In this document: positions 18,857 to 27,183 of the stretch, piece by piece | How positions within the stretch are numbered: the stretch's first letter is position 1 | How the letters are laid out: every line of letters starts with the position of its first letter | Source: Deltaproteobacteria bacterium | GTDB taxonomy: Bacteria; Myxococcota; JACRCW01 | Direction: 5' to 3' | DNA: 33,293 nt | Assembly: GCA_016218805.1 (NCBI GenBank) | Contig: JACRCW010000088.1 | Location: forward strand, 1-33,293 | Position numbers and translations under genes: made by a program | The notes under the pieces: model-generated | Seen by the model: the letters and a program-made list of their open reading frames with translations, nothing else | What the model was told of the DNA's origin: nothing | The model's database searches: none

Positions 18857-19711
18857 GTGAAGGTGGCGGTCATTGGCGCCAACGGCCAGCTGGGCGTGGA
18901 CGTGGTGGCGGCGTTCCGCGCCGCGGGGCACGACGTGGCGGAGCTCAACCACGACCGGTTGGACGTGGTGGACCTGGACGGGTGCCGCAGTGTGCTGGGC
19001 GATGCACGCCCCGCCCTGGTCATCAACACCTCCGCCATGCACCACGTGGACAAGTGCGAAGCGGACCCCGCGCGCGCCTTTGCGGTGAACGGGATGGGCG
19101 CGCGCAACCTGGCGCTGCTGGCGCGCGAGCTGGACCACGCGCTGGTGCACGTCTCCACGGACTACGTGTTTGACGGCGCCAAGCGCGCACCGTACGTGGA
19201 GACGGACCTGCCGCGTCCGCTCAACGTGTACGGCAACACCAAACTCTCCGGTGAGCTGTTTGTTGCCACCCTGGCGCCGCGGCACTTTGTGGTGCGCACC
19301 TGCGGGCTGTTTGGCGGCGCGCCGTGCCGCGCCAAGGGCGGGCTCAACTTCCCGCGCCTGATGCTCAAGCTGGCCCGGGAGCGCGGCATGGTGCGCGTGG
19401 TGGATGACGAGCACGTGGCGCCCACCTACACGGTGGACCTGGCGCAGGCGCTGCTGGGCCTCACCGCGACGACGCACTACGGCCTGTACCACGCGGTGTC
19501 GACGGGCGGCTGCAGCTGGTACGAGCTGGCGCGGCACGTATTCGAGCTGACCGGCACCCCGGTGGACCTGCAGCAGGCCGCGCCCGGCGAGTTCCCCGCC
19601 AAGGTGCCGCGGCCGCTGTACTCGGTGATGGACAACGGGAAGCTCGCCGCCGCGGGCGTGTGCATGCCCACCTGGCAGGACGCCCTCACCCGGTTCCTTC
19701 GCGCCGGCTGA
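18857..19711 (+). CDS. rfbD: dTDP-4-dehydrorhamnose reductase
   Basis: GANGQLG, VDKCE, HVSTDYVFDG, PLNVYGNTKLSGE, RPLYSVMD; GTG start after GAGGAGG. Confidence 0.93.
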   Translation: MKVAVIGANGQLGVDVVAAFRAAGHDVAELNHDRLDVVDLDGCRSVLGDARPALVINTSAMHHVDKCEADPARAFAVNGMGARNLALLARELDHALVHVSTDYVFDGAKRAPYVETDLPRPLNVYGNTKLSGELFVATLAPRHFVVRTCGLFGGAPCRAKGGLNFPRLMLKLARERGMVRVVDDEHVAPTYTVDLAQALLGLTATTHYGLYHAVSTGGCSWYELARHVFELTGTPVDLQQAAPGEFPAKVPRPLYSVMDNGKLAAAGVCMPTWQDALTRFLRAG

Positions 19712-19716
19712 CCCGC

Positions 19717-20586
19717 ATGGCCCGCACCTTCCACGCGCTCTACCTGCAGCACGGGGACCGCCGCCTCCCGGAGGCGCTGGCCGCCGTCCGCCGCATCCAT
19801 GAGTGCGTCTTTCCCGGCCTGGAGCGCCGCATCGTCGTCACGGACAACGCGGTCACCTCCGGCGGCGCCAGCCCGGTGGCGGCGGACACCGTGCTGGTGG
19901 CCGGGGACAACACCTACCGCGAATTCAGCGGCTGGGACCGCGGCTGGCGCTGGCTGGAGGAGCACCGCGCGCCCGCGGACGACGACGTGCTGTGCCTGTG
20001 CAACGACACGTTCATGGCGGACCCGGAAGCGGAGGACTTCCACCGCCTGGACGGCGCCACCGCGCTGCGGGACCTCCAGGCGGGCCGGCTGCTGGGGCAC
20101 GTGGACGGGCTGGCGGCTGACGTGAACGTGTTCGGCACACCGCTGCGTCACTGGATCAAGAGCAACCTGGTGCTGATGAGCGTGCGCACGCTGCGGGACC
20201 TGGCGCCCCTCACGCTCACCCTGGCGGATGAAGAGCTGTTTGTGGACGACCCGGCGGTGTTCTTCCGCGACCGCGATGACCTGGGGCGCGACTACCGCGA
20301 GTTCATCAAGGGCTTCCTGCAGGGCCGGCCCAACGCCGCGCTGTGGCGGTGGCACTCGGCGCGCCCGTTTGACCACGACAACCTTGCGCTGTTCCGCCTC
20401 AAGGCCCGCGCCATCCTGTCGGAGCACGGGCTGAGCGCGCGCGCCGCGCGCACCGGCCACGCCATCGTGGACATCTCGGCGCCGCGGCTGCCGTCCAAGG
20501 AGCTGCGCCACCGCCTGCGCTTTGAGCTGTACCGCACCGGTGCCTGGCGCCTGGTGCCGCGCTTCCGGCGGCGCTTCAACGTCTGA
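19717..20586 (+). CDS. Hypothetical glycan-biosynthesis protein, possibly RgpF-like rhamnosyltransferase domain
   Basis: Last gene of the rml operon (5 nt after the rfbD stop); motif GDNTYREFSGWDRG..DVLCLCNDTF. Confidence 0.6.
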   Translation: MARTFHALYLQHGDRRLPEALAAVRRIHECVFPGLERRIVVTDNAVTSGGASPVAADTVLVAGDNTYREFSGWDRGWRWLEEHRAPADDDVLCLCNDTFMADPEAEDFHRLDGATALRDLQAGRLLGHVDGLAADVNVFGTPLRHWIKSNLVLMSVRTLRDLAPLTLTLADEELFVDDPAVFFRDRDDLGRDYREFIKGFLQGRPNAALWRWHSARPFDHDNLALFRLKARAILSEHGLSARAARTGHAIVDISAPRLPSKELRHRLRFELYRTGAWRLVPRFRRRFNV

Positions 20587-20593
20587 CCCCGGT

Positions 20594-21265
20594 TCACTCG
20601 CCGGGCTTCAGCACGTCAAAATGCACCTTGTCACCGGACTTGGGGACGCTCATGCGCTGGTTGACCCACGCCGCCAGCAGCGGTCCGCCCAGTGACACTC
20701 CAATGAGCCCAATGCCCCACACCAGGAACGCCAGGACCAACAGCGGCCCCGCCAGGCCCCACCCGTAGTAGCCCGCCGGCGTGTACATCCCCCCAAATCC
20801 CGCTCCCCACGCCGACCAGACCAGCACCGCGGCAATGATCCCGGCCACCAGCGTCCCCACCAGGCCCACGCCGGTGGCGACGAGCGTGGGCACCAGCAAC
20901 CCGCCGCGGCGCCCGCCCAGCCAGGACATCAGCAGCCACGCCAGGAAACCGCTGGCCCCCACCACCAGGGACGCCCACAGCACCACCACAAGGAATGAGA
21001 ACGGCGCCGCCGGGCCAAACACCCACGCAAACCAGATGCACGGCAGCGCCACCAGCAGCAGCGGCACCACGGACGCCGCCAGCCCGGCCAGCAGCCAGCC
21101 CAGTTCGCCCTTGAATGGTGACGACGACGCGGACGACGAACCCTTGGGCGCGGCGCGGCCCTTCTTCACCGGCTGCCACTCCACCGCGGGGGCCGCCACC
21201 TCCGCGCCGGCCGGTTCCACGGCGGGCGCACCGGCAAGGGTGACAAGGAGCATGGCAGTGATCAT
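20594..21265 (-). CDS. Hypothetical membrane protein
   Basis: Signal-like N-terminus, several hydrophobic segments, AGGAGG upstream of ATG. Confidence 0.7.
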   Translation of the reverse strand: MITAMLLVTLAGAPAVEPAGAEVAAPAVEWQPVKKGRAAPKGSSSASSSPFKGELGWLLAGLAASVVPLLLVALPCIWFAWVFGPAAPFSFLVVVLWASLVVGASGFLAWLLMSWLGGRRGGLLVPTLVATGVGLVGTLVAGIIAAVLVWSAWGAGFGGMYTPAGYYGWGLAGPLLVLAFLVWGIGLIGVSLGGPLLAAWVNQRMSVPKSGDKVHFDVLKPGE

Positions 21266-21315
21266 GGGTGGCTTCCTCCTGCGCGGCCCGGGCGGCGCCG
21301 CACGCTGGCCGCCTT

Positions 21316-21656
21316 CTACCTCACACAGGTCACCGCGGCTGCGGTGGCCGTGCTCTCCACCGGACCGAACCCCAACTCAAACCCCTGCCCCATGCACCAC
21401 TGCCCCACCGCGTGGCCGCACGCGGCGCGCAACGACCCGTCAGACACGCACGCCAGGAGCCGGCCAAGCTCCCCGACGACGCCACGCCGTGGCCCCCGGC
21501 GTCCCCCGGCCACCCCGGCGCGCACGTCCCCTCATCACAGGAATGACCCGGTGCGCAGTCCGCCGCCCCTGTGCACCGGTACGCCACCGTGTCCGGGCAT
21601 CCCGCGACGACGAGGCACGCGACGGTGAGTGCGGCCCCGATGCGCAATGGACGCAT
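21316..21656 (-). pseudogene. Small Cys-rich lipoprotein gene with an apparent 1-nt frameshift
   Basis: Frame A: lipobox VAGC plus a Cys-rich module. Frame B continues with ACVSDGSLRAACGHAVGQWCMGQGFELGFGPVESTATAAAVTCVR*. The switch falls near G runs at ~21471-21516. Confidence 0.55.
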
Positions 21657-21687
21657 CCGTCCGACGGTAGCCGGGGTCCCCGCCCGG

Positions 21688-23505
21688 TCAAGCTTCCAGC
21701 GCCGCGCGGTCCAGCACTTCCACCAGGCCGGCCAGGTCCGCCGCCCCACCGGACGCCGCCACCCGCACGGATTCCGGCCACGCAGCGCGGCCCCGGCCGG
21801 GCGGGTCCTTCAGCAGCGCCTCCAGCGCGCCGCGGTTGGCTGTGGCCGCCGCCGCGGGGTCCATGCGCGTGGCGCCGTCCAGGTCCGCCAGGGTGACCGC
21901 CGGCACCGCCCCCGGCACCACCAGAAAGCGCTCCAGCGCCGCATCCGGCAGCCCCACGCCCTCGCGCGCCACGCACAGCAGGATGCGGGCGCAGCCCGCC
22001 AGCAGCGCCAGCCGTGCAGCCGGATCCACCGGGGCGGTGCCCGCGGACCACGGCTGGCCCGGCCCGGCCACAACGACAAACGCCGTGGCACCGTCCACCC
22101 CGTGGAGCACCTGCCACGCCACGCCGGGCAAGCGCAGCAACGCCTGCAGGGCCGCCTCCGCCGCCAGCCGCGGCGCGGCCGACGCCTCCGCCGTGCGCAC
22201 CCACGCTTCGCGCTGGCGGTCCAGCAGAAACGCGGGCCGCAGGCCGCGGGTCCCGCCCGGGACCGACGCGGTGCCCAGGCGCGCCAGGCGCGGGCCGCGC
22301 AGCGCCTCCAGCCAGCGCGCTGGGAGGCGGAAGCCGGGCTGCTGTTTCACCACGGCCTCCAGCAGCGCCTCCGCGCGTTTGTCGTCGTGCAACGCCAGGA
22401 AGCGCGCCGCCGCCCGCAGCGCCAGCCGGGAGAAGTCCCGGCCCTGCCCGGGGAGCGCGGGAAGCAGCACGCCCGCCACGCGCTCCAGCGCCGGCCGCGC
22501 CAAGCCCGGTTCAAGCGCGGTCTCCACCAGCGGCACCAGCAGCGCCGGCGCCAGCGTCCGCAGTTCGCCGTCGGGGAGCGACAGCATCACCTCCAGCCCC
22601 GCCCGAAGAGTGGCCGCGGGCGCCCGCGTTTCCCCGTGCCCCGCCCGGGCCACCGCGCACACCGGCGCCACCGCCGCGGCCAACTCCGGCGGGACCTGCG
22701 CCGCCGCCGCGTCCCACGCGCGGCCAAAGGCTTCGTTCTCCAGCAGCCCCAGCAGCGCCTGCACCCGCGCCGGACCCTCAAAGATCTCCAACATCACCTG
22801 CAGCAGCCGGATCAGCCGCGCCGTGGACAGCGCCGCAAAATCAATCCGCCGCACCGCCTCGGCGAACGCCTGCGCCTGCTCCGCGCGCGTGCGCAGCTGG
22901 GTCAGCGTCTCCAGGTACATGAGCAGCACGCCCACATCGCCAGTGAGCCGCACCGCACCAGCCAGCAGCCGCGCGCGGGCTTCCGCGTCGGAGCGCGCGG
23001 GCTCGCGGGCCAGCGCGGACTCCACCGCGGCGCGGTCCAGCTTGGCCAGCAGGTGACGGCACACCCCGCGGTCGGACGGCTCACGCTGCCCGTTGACCAG
23101 CAGGTCCTCCGCTGCGTTGAAGGTCAGCCGCAGCACCGGCCGGTGCGCGCGCAGGAACTCCAGGTGGCGGCGCATCTCGGCCACCTCGGCCGGGCTCATT
23201 GGCTGGTCCGCCGGCGCGTCGCGGAGCAGCCCGGTGACGTCGGGGACCAGCGCCTTGGGTGGCGGCGGCGGGCGCGCGGGTTTGCGCGGGTTGTCACGCG
23301 GAGCCGGGCCCTTGGGCCCCGGGGATCCGCCTCCAGGCTTGCCCTGGGCAGGGGCTCCCCCGCCCTGCGGCGGCGGGCCACCTGCGCCGCCGCTGCCGCC
23401 TCCGCCACCTCCTCGTCGCCGGCGCCTGCGCTTGCCGCCTCCGGCCGGCGCTCCCGGCGTGCCCGGCCGCCCCTGCAATGGACCCTGGCTCATGACGTCG
23501 CTCAT
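21688..23505 (-). CDS. Hypothetical protein: G/P/R-rich N-terminus, helical core, C-terminal pseudokinase-like domain
   Basis: Long GC3-biased ORF; start ATG 23505 or 23493; kinase-like spacing of PGVAWQVLHG, AFVVV, GVGLPDAALERFLV, VTLADLDG. Confidence 0.7.
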   Translation of the reverse strand: MSDVMSQGPLQGRPGTPGAPAGGGKRRRRRRGGGGGGSGGAGGPPPQGGGAPAQGKPGGGSPGPKGPAPRDNPRKPARPPPPPKALVPDVTGLLRDAPADQPMSPAEVAEMRRHLEFLRAHRPVLRLTFNAAEDLLVNGQREPSDRGVCRHLLAKLDRAAVESALAREPARSDAEARARLLAGAVRLTGDVGVLLMYLETLTQLRTRAEQAQAFAEAVRRIDFAALSTARLIRLLQVMLEIFEGPARVQALLGLLENEAFGRAWDAAAAQVPPELAAAVAPVCAVARAGHGETRAPAATLRAGLEVMLSLPDGELRTLAPALLVPLVETALEPGLARPALERVAGVLLPALPGQGRDFSRLALRAAARFLALHDDKRAEALLEAVVKQQPGFRLPARWLEALRGPRLARLGTASVPGGTRGLRPAFLLDRQREAWVRTAEASAAPRLAAEAALQALLRLPGVAWQVLHGVDGATAFVVVAGPGQPWSAGTAPVDPAARLALLAGCARILLCVAREGVGLPDAALERFLVVPGAVPAVTLADLDGATRMDPAAAATANRGALEALLKDPPGRGRAAWPESVRVAASGGAADLAGLVEVLDRAALEA

Positions 23506-23560
23506 CACCCCGGAGGTGCCCGGCGTGCAACCGGCGGCCGCGCTCAACCGGTGAAACACC

Positions 23561-23875
23561 CCGGGTCCCGCTCAGCAGGCCGGCAGGTTGGGTCGCCGCG
23601 GTGAATGGGCCAGGTTGGGCTTGGAAGGCCGTCGCGGCCGGGGGAATCCCGCGGCCACCTTGATGCCATCGGTGCCTTCCGGACCGGGTATCGCTGGCGG
23701 ATTGGGCCAAGCGGCGCGATGGGTCCTGGACCTGTGCGGGGGTGTGCGCCCCGCATCCGTAATGTCCACATTACGGTCCACCCTCAGGGACAAGCCCCCC
23801 CCGGCGCTTTCACCGCGAACCTCCGCGCGGCATCTCGCGACGGGGGTGGATGGGTCAGGTGCGGTTGGGACCCGG
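23561..23875. other. Highly base-paired intergenic element (candidate structured ncRNA or MITE)
   Basis: Terminal CCGGGTCCC/GGGACCCGG pairing; nested CGCGGTGAA/TTCACCGCG; internal hairpins including perfect CCGTAATGT-CC-ACATTACGG at 23757-23776. Confidence 0.4.
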
Positions 23876-23911
23876 CGGCGCGGGGGCTGCGCCCGCCACA
23901 TGGATGCTGTT

Positions 23912-24883
23912 TCAACTCCCCGGCGCCCCCACGTAGGACGCCAGCGCCGGCTCCCACAGCGCGGGCAGGCTCACCGGCGGCGGGTTGCGCACCTCCTCCG
24001 CCCACACCGCCCCGCGCAGCGCGTACAGGGGGTCCACGTGGGACGACACCACGCTCCAGCAGTTTGCGCCGGACAGCCGCCCGGGGTCCGTTCCGCCCGG
24101 GCGCGTGAAGGCGTCCACCACCATCTCAAACACCACCGAATCCCAGGCCAGCCCAACGTGGGAGACGTACCGCAGTGGGCACACGTCCTGGATGCGGATG
24201 TTGGCGGCGCCCTCCAGCCGCGCCGTGGCCCGCCAGAAGGACGGTTGCACCAACGTGTCCTGCGCCGAGTAAATGCTGGTGTAGGACACCTCACCCGGCG
24301 TCTCGTCTCCGTCGTTGAGCGTGCGCAGGAAGTCACTGCCCACGCGCATCTGCAGGCATGCCGGGGAGGCGCACGGCAGCGGCGCAAACAGGCTTGCCAC
24401 CACGGTTCCATGGTGCGGCGTGCCCAGCGTGACCACGTCATCCACCATGGCGCGAAGGTCCGGCCAGTACTTGAGCGCCCAGCGCGGCTCCAATCCGCCC
24501 TGGCTGTGCCCCAGGATGTCCACCTTGCGCCCCGTCATGGCGTGGATGCGCCGCACCGCGTGCACCACAAACTCCGCCGCCACCTGGATGTCCCCCAGCG
24601 CCCGCCTCGGCAGCTTCACCGTGCACGTGTCAAAACCCGCCGCCGGCAGCGCACCCAGGTAGTTCCACCCCCAGTTCTCGTCGGGAGTCACGCCCGTGCC
24701 GTGCACCAGCAGCACCGGTTCATGCTCCGGGTGCGCAAAGCCCTCCGGGCAGCGCAGCGCCGTCTCGCGCTCCAGCGGGTCGGTCCGCAGCGGTGGGTCG
24801 GACTGGGCCAGCAGCGGCGGCGTCCACAGCAACAGCACCGCCACCCAAGTCCCCGGGTGGCTACCTCTGCGTCGGCTGTCCAT
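23912..24883 (-). CDS. Secreted lipase/esterase (alpha/beta hydrolase)
   Basis: Signal peptide, PVLLVHGTG, nucleophile GHSQGG, YTSIYSAQD, VSHVGL. Confidence 0.9.
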   Translation of the reverse strand: MDSRRRGSHPGTWVAVLLLWTPPLLAQSDPPLRTDPLERETALRCPEGFAHPEHEPVLLVHGTGVTPDENWGWNYLGALPAAGFDTCTVKLPRRALGDIQVAAEFVVHAVRRIHAMTGRKVDILGHSQGGLEPRWALKYWPDLRAMVDDVVTLGTPHHGTVVASLFAPLPCASPACLQMRVGSDFLRTLNDGDETPGEVSYTSIYSAQDTLVQPSFWRATARLEGAANIRIQDVCPLRYVSHVGLAWDSVVFEMVVDAFTRPGGTDPGRLSGANCWSVVSSHVDPLYALRGAVWAEEVRNPPPVSLPALWEPALASYVGAPGS

Positions 24884-24952
24884 GCGGTGAAACCCCTTCA
24901 CGCCCGCGCCAACTGTGGCCCATCCCCGCCGGCCCGTCCACAGCCCGCGCCG

Positions 24953-26908
24953 TCACCGCGCGTTCGCACCCCGGCACGTCTGCAGGTGCAGCCGCGCCGC
25001 CTCGTAGCCCGGCTGCAGCGCCAGGGTGCGCTCAAACACCGGCGCCGCCTCATCACACCGGCCCAGCGTCATCAGCGCGTGGCCCAGGTTGAAGGTGGCC
25101 TGCACGTGCCGGGGCTGCGCCGCCAGGAACCGCCGGTACACCGCCACAGCGTCCTCCAGCTTCCCTGTCATCTGCAGCGCAAAGCCGCGGAGGAAGCCCG
25201 CGTCCGCGTAGCCGGGCGCCACCTGCTCCAGCCGCTCCAGGAACACCAGGGACCCGGCGTAGTCCCCCGCCACCTGCAACTCGCGCGCGGCGCGGTGCTG
25301 ATAGGTCGCGTTGCGGCCGTCCAACTCCGCCGCGCGGCGCGCTTCGGCCGCTGCTTCACGCGTGCGCCCCAGCTCCGAGAGGGTCACCGCGTACCAGTAA
25401 CGCGTCTGCGCCCCGCCCGGGTCACGCCCCACCGCCGTGCGCAACAGCGCCAGCCCCTCCTCCACCTCCCCCTGCGCCACGCGCGCGCGGCCCAGGTTCA
25501 CCTCCACCAGGATGTACCCCGGCGCCATCTCCAGCGCCTTTTCCAGCAGCGCGCGCCGCTCTGCCAGGTCCGCCGTGGCCATGCCCAGGTTCAGGTGCGC
25601 CAGCGGGCCGCCGCCGTGCAGCACGCTGTACCGCCACAGTGACGCCTCGGAGCGCCACGTTGTGTTCAAGTACACCGAGCACCCCGCCCACCACACCAAC
25701 GCCGCCGCCGCCACCGCGCCCGCGCGCCGGCCGCTGCGCACCCGCGCCAGGCCCAGCCCCAACAGCAGGAACAGGAACGGGCTGGATGGATAGGGCCGGT
25801 AATCCACCGCCAGGTGGTGCAGCGGCAGCACGCCGGAGGTGGGGAACATGGGGATCCAGTAGGCCAGCACCAGGAACGCCACCGGCGGGGCGCGCCGGGA
25901 CAGCGCCACCGCCAGGCCAATGCTCCCCAGGATGAACAGCCCGCCGGCCAGCACGCCCGGCTCCAGCAGGCTCGTCGCCGGCGGCACCTGCGGGTCCTGC
26001 CGGATGGGGAGGGGCCAGGCGAAGTTCGGCAGGTAGTGGAACAGGTGCAGCCGCGCCTGGGTGAACGCGTAGCTCCACCGCTCTCCCCTGCCGGCCATGA
26101 CGGTGGAGAAGTCAGAAAATCCCAGCACGTACTTCTCAAACGCGAAGAACGCCCCCACCACCCCCGCCGACGGGAGCGCCCAGGCCCACGTGCGCGGGCG
26201 GAGCCAGCCGCCGCCCCCCAGCGTGGCTTCAAAGACCACAATGAGCGCCGGCGCCACCACGCCGTCCGTCTTGGAGAGCAGCGCCAGCGCCAGCAACCCC
26301 AACGCCGCCGCCCAACGCCCCGCCGTGGTCCCCATGCGCCGCATGCGCACGTGCGCCAGCAGGCACGCCCCCAGAAACACCTGCATCAGCGCCTGGTCAC
26401 GCGCGCAGATGTAATTCACCAGGATTCCTGACACCGGGTGCACCGCAAAGGCCAGCGCCGCGCCCAGCGCCACCACCCGCGGGTGCGCGGGCGTGAAGCG
26501 CCCGCACCAGAACAGCAACAGCTCCAGCAGCAGCAGGTAGACCACGTACGCCGCCACCCCGTGCAGCAGCATGTTGCCCAGGTGGTAGCCGGGCAGGCTG
26601 TCCCCGGCGATGGCGTAGTTCACCGACAGACTCAGCGGCAGCAGCGGGCGGTAGGCCGCGATTCGCTCCAGCGTGGACATGGTCCGCGGGTCCGTGAAGT
26701 GCACCCACGGCCGGCTGAACTGCTGAATCCCCGGGTTGTCCTTCACCCGGTAGAAGTCATCCAGGTGGAAGCCGTTCCACAGCGTGTTGGCAAACACCGC
26801 CCCCACCACCAGCGCCAACAACCCCGCCGCCACGTGCGCCGGGCGGTGCTCCCACCACCACCGCGCCCGGCTCAGCACCGCTTTCTCGTCGGGCGCAACG
26901 CTCGCCAT
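24953..26908 (-). CDS. TMTC-like GT-C glycosyltransferase with C-terminal TPR repeats
   Basis: TM1 followed by FHLDD, YRPL, YHLGNMLLH, FAVHP, LLSK, DYRPYP, WRSEASLW, then multiple TPRs. Confidence 0.85.
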   Translation of the reverse strand: MASVAPDEKAVLSRARWWWEHRPAHVAAGLLALVVGAVFANTLWNGFHLDDFYRVKDNPGIQQFSRPWVHFTDPRTMSTLERIAAYRPLLPLSLSVNYAIAGDSLPGYHLGNMLLHGVAAYVVYLLLLELLLFWCGRFTPAHPRVVALGAALAFAVHPVSGILVNYICARDQALMQVFLGACLLAHVRMRRMGTTAGRWAAALGLLALALLSKTDGVVAPALIVVFEATLGGGGWLRPRTWAWALPSAGVVGAFFAFEKYVLGFSDFSTVMAGRGERWSYAFTQARLHLFHYLPNFAWPLPIRQDPQVPPATSLLEPGVLAGGLFILGSIGLAVALSRRAPPVAFLVLAYWIPMFPTSGVLPLHHLAVDYRPYPSSPFLFLLLGLGLARVRSGRRAGAVAAAALVWWAGCSVYLNTTWRSEASLWRYSVLHGGGPLAHLNLGMATADLAERRALLEKALEMAPGYILVEVNLGRARVAQGEVEEGLALLRTAVGRDPGGAQTRYWYAVTLSELGRTREAAAEARRAAELDGRNATYQHRAARELQVAGDYAGSLVFLERLEQVAPGYADAGFLRGFALQMTGKLEDAVAVYRRFLAAQPRHVQATFNLGHALMTLGRCDEAAPVFERTLALQPGYEAARLHLQTCRGANAR

Positions 26909-27183
26909 GCCTCTTCACCCGGGTACCGCGCCAGCGCGGCAGCGGCGCGGCACGGATACCGGGCCGCTCGTCTGCGCTGCAACGGACCCGCCCTGTCTGC
27001 AGGCCCCACCCCGTGCACCGCGCTCGTCGCCGGGAACGCGCAATCCGTTCGGCGGGCGGGGCCAGGACTTTCCGTCGCTGGGAGTGTTGAGGGCAACCTG
27101 AAGGGCGTGTTAGCGCGGCCACGGATGGGGCGCGGGAATGTCGCTCCGCCCGTGGAGGCAACGTGTCGACGAAGCACTGGACG

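Noticed and set aside
23580..23660. Cobalamin riboswitch (ACCUGCC on the minus strand, GGGAA on the plus strand)
   Set aside because: The motifs lie on opposite strands, GCCACUG is missing, and there is no B12-related downstream gene.
23665..23695. SRP RNA-like GGUCCGGAAGG on the minus strand
   Set aside because: The following conserved AAGCAGC is absent (reads CACCGAU).
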